NCBI GenBank assembly: GCA_032718475.1
Contig: JAUCBJ010007049.1
Location: forward strand, 1-64,000
Direction of reading: 5' to 3'
DNA: 64,000 bases
Source of the DNA: Nemertoderma westbladi
Lineage: Eukaryota > Animalia > Xenacoelomorpha
This document shows positions 23,774 through 34,921 of this stretch, in pieces (within the stretch, counting starts at the first letter, position 1; the number at the start of each line of letters is the position of its first letter). The position numbers and the translations under genes were made by a program. Below the pieces are notes generated by a model that was given only the letters and a program-made list of their open reading frames with translations, searched no databases and was not told where the DNA came from.

Positions 23774-26383
23774 TCAGTTCATCCCCCCTGACTTTGGGAA
23801 CCACCTCAAGTCTTTCCCTTTGCCGTCCTCCTCCCTGGGTCGTTTCCTGGTCACTACCGCTCCTCTGGGATCCGCTTTCTGTCTTCGGACCCTCGCCGCC
23901 ACCTCCTTACTGATCCCGGTCGTTGGCTCTTTGGGTGCTGGTGTTATCAGCTCCCGATATCGCTTCGCGGGTGGCCCCTCCGAGTGGCCCTGTTGTCTCC
24001 CCCTGGTGGCGTCCCATAAGATCATCTTCATTGCCCGCGGCACGTGCTCCGCCAGGAAATCCCTAAACTCCCCTCGATTCTGTGGCGTCCACCTGTCCAA
24101 ATACCTCTGTGTATTTATCACCCCGGCATACGACGCCGCCGTTGCTACCTCTTGATAGGTAAACGGTAGCCTCCGCTTTATGATTTCCAAATGAGCCTCC
24201 TGATTGATGAGGAAGAAACCCCACTTGAACTCCTGGGCCTTCATGCGCTGGCGCGTCATGGCCCCGACGTCGGCCCACTCCTCGAAGGTTCTGAACTTCT
24301 CTTCGTCGTCCATCCAGTCGCACTGGCGTCCGTAGTGTCCCCGAAAGTTGCACTTCGGACATCGGTTATCCAACCGTGGACACGCCCCCATCCTGTGGCT
24401 CGACTCGCGGCAGTAGAGACAAAAGGTCCCCTTTTGGAATCGGTACAAACAGCTCCTTTCCTGGTGGGTCTGTCTCCCACAGTAATCGCAACCGAGTACC
24501 AATGTCTCCCGCCCCACGTCGTCTTTCGTCCCAAGCGATCTCCGCGGTCTGTGGAGTCGCTGGTAGGTGAACTTCTGCACGTTAGTGTCCCTGTCTACGT
24601 CAATCTCCTCGCCCCTCTCGGGCATCGTCTCCCCGAATACTACCCGTGGTGCCGTCCCCGGTTGCTCGCCCAACCTGATAGTGCTCCCCGCAAAATCCAT
24701 CACCGGTTCCTTGTGCACCCAGGCCCGCTTGCCTGGTCTATCCCAGAAGGCCCTCGCCCCACTGGCAGTCACCACCCTCCCGCCAACCCAGTCCGTGTCC
24801 GAGTGGCCTATCCTCCCGATGGGCGGCATCTCTCCGAATTCGTCGTCGTCTTCATCCTCCTCTGGCAGTGGTTCCAACCCCGGTATCCCGATGGATCCAC
24901 TATGTCCCTTCCCGCCTTGGCTCTCGCCCGTAGCTCTCCATCCCTCTAGCTCCCTTAACTTCCTTGGCGGTTGGTCGCCTTCGGCGCCCGCTGGTATGGG
25001 CATCGCTTGCAACCCCGATGTCGACTGTTTCGGCGATCCCACTGTCCATCCCAGTTCTCGCCCTAGAGACTCCCCTGAACTCCCTGATGAAGTCCAACGA
25101 AGTTCGTCTAAGCCTGCCTGTTCCTCGAAGCCGTAACTCTGCATCCTGGCCTCCTCCTCCCTCTCCTCTGCTTCTATCCTCTCCCGTCTAGCGACTTCTT
25201 CCAGTCGCTTTGCCTCTCGTCTATCCGTCTCTAGCTGCTCCCATCTCTGATACGGCGTATCTGTCTCCCCGTCTATCAGATGTCGGCTGTTGTAGTACAC
25301 CGACTCGCCCTTCAGCCCCGGGTGGTCTACCAGACCGTCGAAGGCCGTCTTAAAGGCTCTCCTGTAGCTTAGGGGTGGTCCCGATAACAGAAATGCCGCT
25401 GGTTCCCTCTCGATAACCACGGTCATGAATAAGTTAAGTAAACTTATCATTATCCAATCTTCCTGCAGGATATATCGCTTCTGATATACCTTTATCGCTC
25501 CTCTGCGGAATTGATACACCTCTTGCCTTCCCGGTCTTGCTCCCCACTTTAGCGAGTTCGCTAGTTCTGCTCCGTATTCCTCCCTGAACTTCCCCCAGTC
25601 CATCGGTTTGTGGCATACGAGCCCCAATAGCTGGCCCATTGCCACCGCCCCACATTGGCCTGTGTTCCCGACTACTCCCAACCCATCTGGTGCCATCATA
25701 GCCATGAAGACCTTCTGCATATCCAGGAGGTTGGTGGCGTCCGGACCGATGATTCTCTCCGCGTCCTCGCGAATCGCCGATCCCACCTTCGTCGTCGACT
25801 TCTCTCTTACCAAGACTTGCACCGCTTTCGGCAACCGGTTTAACTTCGGCCCGTCCCTTTTCCCATACGTTCCTAGATCGAATAAGAAAATGTCCCCATT
25901 TGGCGCGGCCAAATGTAGGAGTATGGTCCTGGCCGACCCCGCTGATCCTCGTCTCGAACCCTCCTCGTCTTCCACGGTTCCCTCGTCGTCTAGGATCATA
26001 TATCCTCCCCTGTTGACGGACTCCATGAACCTCTTCCAATCCTTCTTCGGCGACTCCCTCGGGTACTTCGGAATCCCGAACTTCGCCTCGTCCCCTTTCA
26101 CCACGTAGTGGAAGTGTTGGAAGATCGCGTTGTCCAGCGACGGCGTCCCGTAGGTCCAGACCAGCCGCTGTTCGTGCATCTCCCGGAAGTGGTCCTGCAG
26201 CGCTCGTGCTGCGTGACCCTTTTCCAACCTCTCGTAGTATCCTCTCGTCTTCTCTTCCGGATGCCTCTTGGTGAAATCCACCAGTATCTCCTTTCCTCCT
26301 GACTCCGCCTTTCTCTTTCTGATCAGTTTTCCCGCCATTCCGAACACTCTCACTCGCTCACCTGTAAGGTGGTGCCTTACCAA
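23774..26383 (-). CDS. Accessory protein of D: DEDDy-like 3'-5' exonuclease, 3 CCHC knuckles, basic tail
   Basis: ILDDEG; LLHLAAPNGDIFLFDL; LPKAVQVLV...KVGSAIRED; LLDMQ; YILQE. Knuckles CDYC..H..C, CLYC..H..C, CPKC..H..C. Intact 869-codon frame. Confidence 0.8.
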   Translation of the reverse strand: MVRHHLTGERVRVFGMAGKLIRKRKAESGGKEILVDFTKRHPEEKTRGYYERLEKGHAARALQDHFREMHEQRLVWTYGTPSLDNAIFQHFHYVVKGDEAKFGIPKYPRESPKKDWKRFMESVNRGGYMILDDEGTVEDEEGSRRGSAGSARTILLHLAAPNGDIFLFDLGTYGKRDGPKLNRLPKAVQVLVREKSTTKVGSAIREDAERIIGPDATNLLDMQKVFMAMMAPDGLGVVGNTGQCGAVAMGQLLGLVCHKPMDWGKFREEYGAELANSLKWGARPGRQEVYQFRRGAIKVYQKRYILQEDWIMISLLNLFMTVVIEREPAAFLLSGPPLSYRRAFKTAFDGLVDHPGLKGESVYYNSRHLIDGETDTPYQRWEQLETDRREAKRLEEVARRERIEAEEREEEARMQSYGFEEQAGLDELRWTSSGSSGESLGRELGWTVGSPKQSTSGLQAMPIPAGAEGDQPPRKLRELEGWRATGESQGGKGHSGSIGIPGLEPLPEEDEDDDEFGEMPPIGRIGHSDTDWVGGRVVTASGARAFWDRPGKRAWVHKEPVMDFAGSTIRLGEQPGTAPRVVFGETMPERGEEIDVDRDTNVQKFTYQRLHRPRRSLGTKDDVGRETLVLGCDYCGRQTHQERSCLYRFQKGTFCLYCRESSHRMGACPRLDNRCPKCNFRGHYGRQCDWMDDEEKFRTFEEWADVGAMTRQRMKAQEFKWGFFLINQEAHLEIIKRRLPFTYQEVATAASYAGVINTQRYLDRWTPQNRGEFRDFLAEHVPRAMKMILWDATRGRQQGHSEGPPAKRYRELITPAPKEPTTGISKEVAARVRRQKADPRGAVVTRKRPREEDGKGKDLRWFPKSGGMN

Positions 26384-26809
26384 GGCGCAATACAGATGAG
26401 TGACAAGTTTCTGATGGTCTGCACAGTTCGAGAATGGCCTATTTTCTATCTAACTACGCCTTTTAGCCTAATTTCTATTACTTAATTTTGTAGCTAACAA
26501 ATGTACCCTATTTTCAATTTCTGTCCGTTGCTTTAATTATGTTCCAGAATAATTCCCCTCCTGTTACCATAATTTGTAATTTTTAGCCCTATTTATTCTA
26601 TTTTATTTCTAATCTATTTCTACTATTTACTGCTTATGGATTATTCTATTTCATAATCCACATTCTGACCTACTCTATGGGCCCCTGCAGTACAGCAGTA
26701 TATGTCGCGTGGCCTACACGATCTATCCAACTGTACTCATATGCCCCCCTCTCGCTACTAACTACTGACTAATATCTATACTATGTATACCCTTCCACCT
26801 CTATCTCTT

Positions 26810-27895
26810 ACTAATCGGTACTACGTACCCTCTTACTACTCTCTAACTAACTAACGGTACTATGTACCCTCTAACTCTTACTCTAACTCCACTAACGGTA
26901 CTACGTACCCTCTTACTCCTACTCTGACTCCACTAATGGTACTACGTACCCTCTTACTACTCTCTAACTAGCTAACGGTACTACGTACCCTCTAACTCTT
27001 ACTCTAACTCCACTAACGGTACTACGTACCCTCTTACTACTCTCTAACTAACGGTACTACGTACCCTCTTACTACTCTCTAACTTCATTAACGGTACTAC
27101 GTACCCTCTTACTACTCTCTAACTAGCTAACGGTACTACATACCCTCTAACTCTTACTCTAACTCCACTAACGGTACTACGTACCTTCTTACTACTCTCT
27201 AACTAACTAATGGTACTACGTACCATCTAACTCTTACTCTAACTCCGCTAACAGTACTACGTACCCTCTTACTACTCTCTAACTAACGGTACTACGTACC
27301 CTCTAACTCTTACTCTAACTCCACTAACGGTACTACGTACCCTCTTACTACTCTCTAACTAGCTAACGGTACTACGTACCCTCTAACTCTTACTCTAACT
27401 CCACTAACGGTACTACGTACCCTCTTACTACTCTCTAACTTCACTAACGGTACTACGTACCCTCTTACTACTCTCTAACTTCACTAACGGTACTACGTAC
27501 CCTCTTACTACTCTCTAACTTCACTAACGGTACTACGTACCCTCTAACTCTTACCCTAACTCCACTAATGGTACTACATACCCTCTTACTACTCTCTAAC
27601 TTGACTAACGGTACTACGTACCCTCTTACTACTCTCTAACTTCACTAACGGTACTACATACCCTCTTACTACTCTCTAACTCCACTAACGGTACTACGTA
27701 CCTCCTAACTAACTAACTAACTAACTCTAGGTACTATGTACCTTCTAACTGACTAACTCTAGGTACTACGTACCTTCTAACTAACTTCTAACTAACTAAC
27801 TAACTAACTAACTAACTCTAGGTACTACGTACCTTCTAATTGACTAACTCTAGGTACTACGTACCTTCTAACTAGCTCCTAACTAACTAACTCTA
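26810..27895. repeat. Tandem array of ~36-46-bp units between pol and the accessory ORF of D
   Basis: About 25 copies of ggtactacgtacc separated by ctct(a)act-type linkers. Confidence 0.95.
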
Positions 27896-28004
27896 ATTTT
27901 TTATTTATTTTATTATTTATTTTATGTGTGGGAAGGGCGTCTCGCCCTCAATCCCACCCCCCTCAGTCCAAACTTGGACGACTAAACTACCCTCTAACTC
28001 CACC

Positions 28005-30961
28005 CTAAGGTGCCCCTTCTAGTAGACAGCATTTCCCTACAGCTCTCCTGTAGGTTTTTCTGTCATTCGCACCTATCTTGCCACCTATCCGCACTTCTAC
28101 CGATCGGACTCTTCCGTCCTCATCGGAGTAAGTGCCTACGACTCTCGCCAACCGCCACTGGTTGTTGATGATAGTATCATCCGTAACGATTACGAGATCT
28201 CCCTCTCTTAACTCCCTATTCGACTTCCTCCACTTGCTTCTTTTGTGAAGCGTGGGTAGGTATTCCTCAACCCACCTCCTCCAATACTCTGCGCTTATTG
28301 CTTTAGCGACCTTCCAACTCTGGCGGGAGTGTATGTCATCTGGGTCTACACCCCGCATATCGATGGTCGCTGGCCTTTCCATTAGAAAATGGCTGGGTGT
28401 CAGCACATCTAATGACTCAGGGTCATCATTCTCCGGATATAGCGGTCTGCTATTAATGATACCCTCGCACTTCGCAAGCACTGTCCTCAAGACGTCCTCG
28501 GTGACCATGTGGGTGTTCATTAGCTTCGTCATGAGACGCTTTGAACTGCCCACCAGTCTCTCGACGCATCCTAGTGTATGTGGTACATACGGCGTCCTTC
28601 TCTCCCACTTTACTTGTCGTCGTCTCATGGCCGCACTGACTTCCTCCCCTTCCAAGATGTCCAAGGCCTCTGCCATCTCGTTCTCTGCTCCCACAAAGTT
28701 GGTTCCGCTATCGGAGTACATTACTTTGCGGTCTCTGAATCTTTCTAATGCATTAATAAATGCTGATGCGGTTGCATCTTGGGCGAGTTCTATCCCTACC
28801 GCCCGCGTGTTGTTACATACGAAGATAATACTGTAGCGTTTCTCCATGTGCCGCATCACCTTGATCTTTATCGGCCCGAACATGTCCACACCGCAATGTG
28901 TAAATGGCGGGTCGTGCTGTCTTACTCTACTCGCTGGTAGTGGTGCCATCTCTTGTATGGCTCGCTCCTTCTTTGCTCGTCGGCAGGTCTGGCACTGCCC
29001 CACTACCGCTTTTACCTTCTTCCTCAACTGCTTGACCCAAAAGGTCCTCCTTATGTCCGTGAGAGTTCGGTTGGTGCCCCCGTGCAATATCGACTTGTGG
29101 GAGTCCCAGATAATCTGGTGGACTATTGGCGATCCTGTGGGAATGATGATGGGTTTCGGTGGTACGACTATGCTGTTGTTGTATCCCACCCTAGAATTCA
29201 TTACTAGAATCCCGTTGTCATTAAGTTGTGGCGACAGCGTGATCAGCTCGCTGTCCCGTCGAAGGTGCTGTTGTTTACCGACGCGTTCCACCTTGTCGCC
29301 ATAGTTCTTCCGTTGTTCATAGCGGATGACTGCCTTGGCCGCTCCTTCCAGATCTATGGTTGTCCTGATCTTCTTGTCTTTGCCAACTCCCGCGAGGAAA
29401 TTCCCGAAGGCTCTCCAGTACGCCACTAATTTCTTGGTCTTATACCAACTAGAGCTGTAGCTGAGGAGTTTATCTGTCGGGTTATCGCACAGTTCTTCTG
29501 GTTTAGGTTGCACGTCCCTTATCTCCCTCACCATCTGGGAGTATATCTCTTCTCCCTCTGAATCTCCCTCTTCTCCTTCTGACACTACCTCTCCTGAGTC
29601 CGGGTCCACCTTTCTCATCGGCGGCCAGGCCTCCTTGTCGCTCAGAAACTGCGGCCCGTGTTGCCACAATACTTCCTTTTTTAAGAAAGTGTGGCGTGCC
29701 ACGCCCCTTGATAACAAGTCCGCTGGGTTCTCGTCCGTCGGGCAGTAGTGCCACCTTTCCAATTCTGTGGTCGCCCTTATCTCGTCCACCCTATTCGCGA
29801 CGAATATTGGGTATCTCGTCCTTTCGTTATGTAGCCAACCAAGCACTACCATGGAGTCCGTCCAGTAGTGTGTCTCCACTATGTTGGGAATAGTATCCAC
29901 TAGGTAGGCTGTGGCTCTAACTCCTAGTCTCGCAGCTGTCAATTCTAATTTGGGAACTGATGCTGAATCTGGCGGCGTTGACTTTGCTTTGCTAAAGGCC
30001 AGTCTGGGCTTGTGAGCCCCCTCTCGTTGTACTAAATAAAGTGCCGCTCCGTACGCCTCCAACGACGCATCGGAGAACATGTGTAGGTCCAGATTCGTCA
30101 TGTTCCCATCCGGGAAATACACTCGTGGCATGTTGTATGTTCCCATCTTCTCCAAATCTTCTGTCCACTTACACCACTGCTTCTTGATCTCCTCTGGTAC
30201 CTCTACGTCCCACTCATCCTTCAGTTTGTATACTCTCTTGAGTATCTGCTTCCCCATGACTAATAGTGGGGATGCTAGACCTAGGGGATCGTATATCCTT
30301 GCTATATACGACACATAGCCTCTCTTTGTGTGGATGTCTGCGCCCTCCTGGCTCAGCTGGTACTTCAGTTCGTCTGTCTCTCTGTTCCACACGATTCCCA
30401 GTGCCTTCTGTTGGGATTCTGTCCTCTTGTTCGCCATGTCCTGCCCTTTGGCCGTTGTGGGATTATCCATGGTCGATTCTGGTCTCTTGTCCTCTATCGC
30501 CTTGATAAATTCCTCCAAACTGGATTGGAATTTGGTCAGGTTAAAGCCGGATCCTTTTAGGATGTCGCGAACCTCACGCCCTGTGTCCAGTATCTCCTTA
30601 ACCGTATTTCCAGACTCCATTCCGTCGTCTACGTAGAAGCCGCGTCGAATCATATCGATGGCCCTAGTGCTGTATCTATCCTCCTTCCCCTTCACTGTAT
30701 CTCTCACTGCCATAGTCGTCGTAAATGAAGACGACTTGGCTCCCATGTTCTGTACTACCATCTTGTACGTCGGTATTATCGACGGTTCTTCGTCACCGTC
30801 GTACCATAAGAAGCGTTGACTGTCGCTATCTTCCTCCGTTACACGGACTTGGTTGAACATGCCTTCTATGTCACACGTGAAGGCGTGTTTCCCATTCCTA
30901 AATCTAAGTAGGACCTCTATCCCCGAGTTGTATATGTTTGGACCTTCTAGTAGATAGTCGT
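28005..30961 (-). CDS. Pol of D (RT, RNase H, integrase), frameshifted from the upstream part
   Basis: FYVDDG, FSDAS, YWTDS, NPADLLSRG, HGG..CQTC, GVDMFGP, SDSGTNF, ERLV. Confidence 0.9.
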
Positions 30962-33888
30962 TTAAGCATTGGTCTTTGCCGATGCGTCAACTACCATCCG
31001 CAATTTACCTTTCTTTGGGTCTAAAGCCACGTGGAGTGGCAGGTAATATGTCCTGTCCGTGTTTGGTTCGTCGACCGGTAACTCCACGGCCCATCCTTTC
31101 TCGACGTACTTCTTAATCGTTCTGTGGATGTACTCATTCTTCTCGGGGCTCCGTTTTAGTGTCTGTTTCAGCTTGCGGAGCCTCGTGAGTACCATCCCTC
31201 TATTATCGGGCAGTGGTAACTTCGGTAGTTTCCATACCATTCCTATAGTGTACCGCCCCTCGTCGCACTTCATAGACTCCTCTACGCTCTGCTGAGCCTG
31301 TTTGTCTTCCACCGAGGTCCCGACACCAGTCTCCTTTAATCCTTCAAAATCCTGTCTGAGCAGTCTTTTAAGCTGCTCCTCTGCTCTCTCATCACTCATT
31401 TCCTGCATAGTTCCCGCGAACATGCATCCTGATGTCTCCGACATCCTAAATGGTATCTTGCTCTTGATTGGGCCACTCAGCGTCCACCCGAATGGTCTCA
31501 GTATCGCCACCGGGTCACACTGCTTGTCTTCGCCGAAGACCGTTTGCATTCTTTCGTGGGCCGTTGGGCAGTCCATTCCTACTATGATGGATACCTTCCT
31601 AACGTCCACATCTGGGATTGAGAAGTCAATATCATCCAGAAATTTATATTGTTCGACCTCGATGTTGGTTGGCTGTCTGGCATTGATGTTTATTGAGTCT
31701 ATCACTTGGATGGGGTCGATGCTCGCCCCATAGTCGCATCCTGGTGCTATTGCTGCGATGGTGCACCGTCCGGTTCTCATCTCCAGGACCTCATCCTTGC
31801 TGGAGATGGTTGTTACCGCCATTCTACTTGGCCTCGTTCTCAATCCTATTTCTTCGGCCACCCAATCCTCGACTAATGTGAAGGCAGCTCCACTATCAAC
31901 CAGCATTAGTGTTGTTACTGATCGATTGCCTTCTCCAATCACTCGCACGGGTACTACCCCAAGTAGCACCGTTCCTCTCTTCTTCGCCCCTACTGTGCTC
32001 GTTGCCATCGTTTGGCCTTTCCTTTGACCGAACTTGACCGGCGTCTCCTTGCATTGCCTAGCTCTATGTCCACTCATCACAAATCGCGAGCAGATCTTGT
32101 TCCTCGCCGCATAATCTACCTGATCTTCCCTAGGTAGCGCTTGCCAGTACCTGCAGTTCATGGTTTGATGAAGCGCATTTGTATGTAACTGGCATTTGCT
32201 CTTTGGGTCGTAGCCCTCCTTATACAGTGCATCGCGTATCGCAGCTGCGTTTGTACCAAAGTCCCTACTATTCTTATTGTTTGGATTCGGCCTACTGGAC
32301 GTACTGGGGTTATATTTATTCGTGTTGTTATTGTTCCCCTGTCCGTTCCATGGTGTGGTCTTACCTTCGGCTACCTGTGGACTTGCAGTCCCCTGCGTCG
32401 CTGCATATGGCAGTGATTGCCTGAGCTTCGGTAATGCGTTTGACGTACTGTGCTCTGGTTTCGGTCTATGGTAATCCGTCTTCGGTCCCTTTCCCAGGCT
32501 ATCCTCGCTATAGACTGGGTCGGTTATTAGTTCAGCTTCGTAGTTTAAGAAGCTCGACATTTCTTCTAAACCCGGTTCCGCACCCTTCCTATCTCGAGTG
32601 GAGAAAGCGATTTTCCTCCACTTGTTGCGCAACCACATCGGTAGTGCCTGCGCTATCGTGGTGATGTTGTTGGACGCGTTGAGTTCGTATGGCGCGTCTA
32701 GCGTCTTTAACACGATTAGTGCCTTCTCGACCTTGTTCGCGAACGTCTTAATGCTAACGGGATTATCCTGTAGACCACCCGATGTTATGCCTCTCAGGGT
32801 CTGCCTGATGATCTTGGCCGGGTGCCCGTATTCCCTGTCCAGTGCCTGCCATGCCGTTGTGAAGCCGCCCTCTATGCCCTGATATTGCCTCACGATGTCG
32901 TATGCTGGGCCTCCTGTGTATACTTGCAAATACTTTAGGCACTCCGCCTGCGTTAAGTTCTTTGTTAGTATTTCGTTACTATACATACGCCGAAACTGGA
33001 GATATTCTTCCGGCCTACTCCCATCGAATTTGAATGGTTCCACGGGTGGTAATTCGATCCTTGTTTTTAATGCATCGATCAACGTGGCCATCCCCATCGC
33101 CTGCGCTTCCAATGGATTCGATGGATGTTGTATAGTTCCTCCTGTTGGGTGCGGTCCTCCCGTTCTATTTTCTGCCTTTCTTTGGCTTGGGTATATCATT
33201 GGGGGTAACGGCCCCCTCCATATTTCTGTGTCACACGACCTATTTTCATCCAAGGGTCTCGTTGTTCTTGCTCCTATCGGGGTATATTGTTGATATTGCG
33301 ATGGGGGAATGTCACCCTGTCCCCCCCCCCACCGGTATGTTTGGTATTGGGGTTGATGTTAATATATTGGGGCCCATGCATCTATCCGCAATAATTCCCC
33401 CCTCCCCTGGGTATATGTTATGTCCTTGCATGCTGTAGTCATACTGCTGTACTGGTACCGGTATAGGCCTATCAGCTTCTGGCCTACCTGCCGGTATGTA
33501 CTCCGCGACTTCCGGGTTTAATTCCGTCGCCCGCGCTATCCTATCGCCTACATTATTCCTGTCAGCATGGCCTATGGTATGTGCAGTAAGGCCTACAGTA
33601 TGTCCTACAGTCTGTATGTATTGCTCGGGATCGAAGTTTATTCTTCTCGAATAATCCTCCCCGCGGCTACCGTACTCTCGATCTGTAGGTATATCCCGTC
33701 GGAAAGTTTCTCTTCGACCCTCTCTACTACTCTCGTCTACATGCCGGTACATCGCGTACCCCTCCCTTGACGCGTAACGCGTCTCGTCAGGTCGCGTCTC
33801 TCCGGGATGACGGCAATCTCCCGAAGTTCGACCCCACCGACTCTCCCTTTCCATCTCCACCACCGACGGCTCAAATAGAAGCCTACCG
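30962..33888 (-). pseudogene. Gag, protease and start of RT of D, with frameshifts
   Basis: KFDGSRPEEY gag motif, degenerate CCHC, LVDSGA protease, YYLPLH...RMVVDAS. Breaks near the C-run at ~33325 and at ~30965. Confidence 0.85.
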
Positions 33889-34843
33889 TATTATTCGACT
33901 GATCGTAATATATAATCTCTGACAAATATTATTCACTTTCGGGAAATATTAACAGTTCCTTTAGGGCGTGGCGCTCTAAATATGTAAACAGAGTTATGAC
34001 TTAAACTAGACACAACGAAAAGGCTATAGATTCACGTATATGGCGCATTCTTTAGGAGATGCTTTGTTATCAGTTACAATCATACACAATGCTGCACAAT
34101 ACTGCACACTAATCTGCCGACCTTCACTAAATTTAGTCATGTATAAAGAGAGCAACATACAATTTATGTCGGGCCTATGAAATAGCATTAGATTCACTTC
34201 AAACCACTTAACATAGGTCGCAATCGTTTATCTATAACCGGTCTCTCTAACCTTTAGTATATCAAGAAGGTTGGGTGTCTGACTATTGATCAGTATTCCG
34301 ATATAATATTTCATCAACAAATATAATGAATAACCGACAGTAAAAGCAGTAAAGTTAAGGTATGAATGATTATTAAGTGAGTTAACTGAGTTTTGGTCTG
34401 ATAACATATATACACTCTATAATTAAGCCTACCAATGTTAAGCTAAAGACTGAAACACGGAGGTGCCAAAAGCCGGTGTTCTTAGGCTCTGGGCAAAAAC
34501 ATAACCCTGAATTCCTGAGTTTCTGTATCCACCTCCAACACAGAGACAAAAAACGCTCTGATTGGTCGACCGAACAACGAGAGAACAAAGAAACAAAGAA
34601 ATGTCGATGTGGCAATATCAGCTGTTAGCCGTCGTCATGGTAGCGACACTGTTTTCAAGAGGATCTAGCTTATTGCGTCACGAGATTGCGGATTATGTCC
34701 TCTAAAGTACAAATACAGAAGAAATGACTTTTATGTCCTCTAAAACACCAGTACAGTAAGGACACGGCCCTTTATGCCTGTTAAACCAACTACAGAGTAC
34801 TTTACGGGGAAAATAACCGGCTAATTACGCAAAAGCCTTTACA
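33889..34843 (-). repeat. Putative 3' LTR of C (~955 bp)
   Basis: Starts TGTAAAGG right after GGGAGCGG, the same PPT-like motif that precedes B's 3' LTR. The left end is inferred from where the D gag frame resumes; no second copy in the window. Confidence 0.55.
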
Positions 34844-34921
34844 CCGCTCCCAGAAAATGGGATTTTAGTCTATAAAATATAACAAATCACAGTTTCTAAA
34901 ATATAAAAATACTCTAAACAG

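Larger units (their letters stand above)
22519..33888 (-). mobile_element. BEL/Pao element D (3' LTR, accessory ORF, repeat array, pol, partial gag; cut by C)
   Basis: Pao-type pol motifs, polypurine tract (PPT) GGGGGGGAG before the LTR; gag frame ends at the C LTR. Confidence 0.88.

Noticed and set aside
23774-26383. env gene
   Set aside because: No signal peptide, transmembrane anchor or glycoprotein-like Cys pattern; the motifs indicate nuclease and knuckles.
26810-27895. CRISPR-like palindromic repeats
   Set aside because: The linkers are homologous to each other, so this is a tandem array.
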